From the human T2T-CHM13v2.0 reference genome, Homo sapiens, in the NCBI RefSeq assembly GCF_009914755.1, contig NC_060926.1: 64,000 bases of DNA. The stretch is one strand, 5' to 3'. Each line of letters starts with the position of its first letter. The first letter of the stretch is position 1. Below are positions 63,446 to 64,000 of the stretch, one piece after another. Both the position numbers and the translations under genes were made by a program. The notes beneath the pieces were generated by a model. That model saw only the letters and a list, made by a program, of their open reading frames with translations. It was not told where the DNA came from and did no database searches.

Positions 63446-64000
63446 TCAAGGAATAAATCAGAACTAGGAATGGTGCCAGTATTGAAAGACAGAATACACT
63501 ATATAATTCTTGAAAATTCTGAAGGAAAGTAATTCCCAACCCAGAACTCTATATTCACCAATCTGGCAAATAAATATCAGGGTGGTATAACATTTTCAGA
63601 CATCTAAATTTTGAAAAAATAAATTGTAAATTATTAAAATCTCATACTTTTCCTTAGAGTCAAGAAGAAATATTCCACCAAAACAAGAAACCAAGATGAC
63701 ATGAAATCTAGAAAAGGGAAACTAAGAAGACTGAAGAAAATCCCAAGGCTGAAGCCGTATAACCAGGCATAATGAACAACCATCCAGAGGCCTCATTTCT
63801 TCAAGATGAAACAAATGCATGCAGACAGCTTGAGAAAAGATTGTGACAATTAGTAAGGAATGTGGAGTTTGAGTAAGTTCATGGGAAAGTAAGGAAAACA
63901 ACAACAAAAAGGAATTTAAAATTCAGGAAAAGCAAAAATGTGTGAGAAAGGAAATGTTCCTTTACGTGGCTCAGTGTAAATAACATTTAGATGTTCACGA

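Noticed and set aside
62200-64000. Further TRIP12 exon or second gene near the window end
   Set aside because: A-rich sequence resembling degraded L1, with no exon matching the upstream TRIP12 frame. The family could not be assigned confidently.

Overview
Eukaryotic (primate, almost certainly human) genomic DNA lying entirely inside the TRIP12 gene, a HECT-type E3 ubiquitin ligase transcribed on the minus strand. I assembled 30 internal coding exons by hand (55623 down to 447). Using the longest acceptors they total 4067 nt (2 nt plus 1355 codons) and splice in frame at every junction. They encode the end of the N-terminal disordered region, the ARM repeats, the WWE domain, the acidic and linker regions, and the approach to the HECT domain. 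The start and stop codons are outside the window. Introns are filled with Alu SINEs, DNA-transposon fossils (Tigger, Charlie/MER, a piggyBac MER85), a THE1 solo LTR, old L1/MIR pieces and microsatellites. I found no prokaryotic-type or otherwise new system. The most notable signals concern splicing: a GC-AG intron, three in-frame alternative acceptors (one toggles WWE completeness), a stop-free 87-nt intron, a candidate 45-nt cassette exon and candidate poison exons. Also notable are an intact CSB-PGBD3 binding palindrome in MER85, a palindromic CTCF motif, a sense LTR with a mutated polyA signal and several templated-insertion scars. Repeat family names come from recalled consensus sequences, not a search, and repeat boundaries are approximate.
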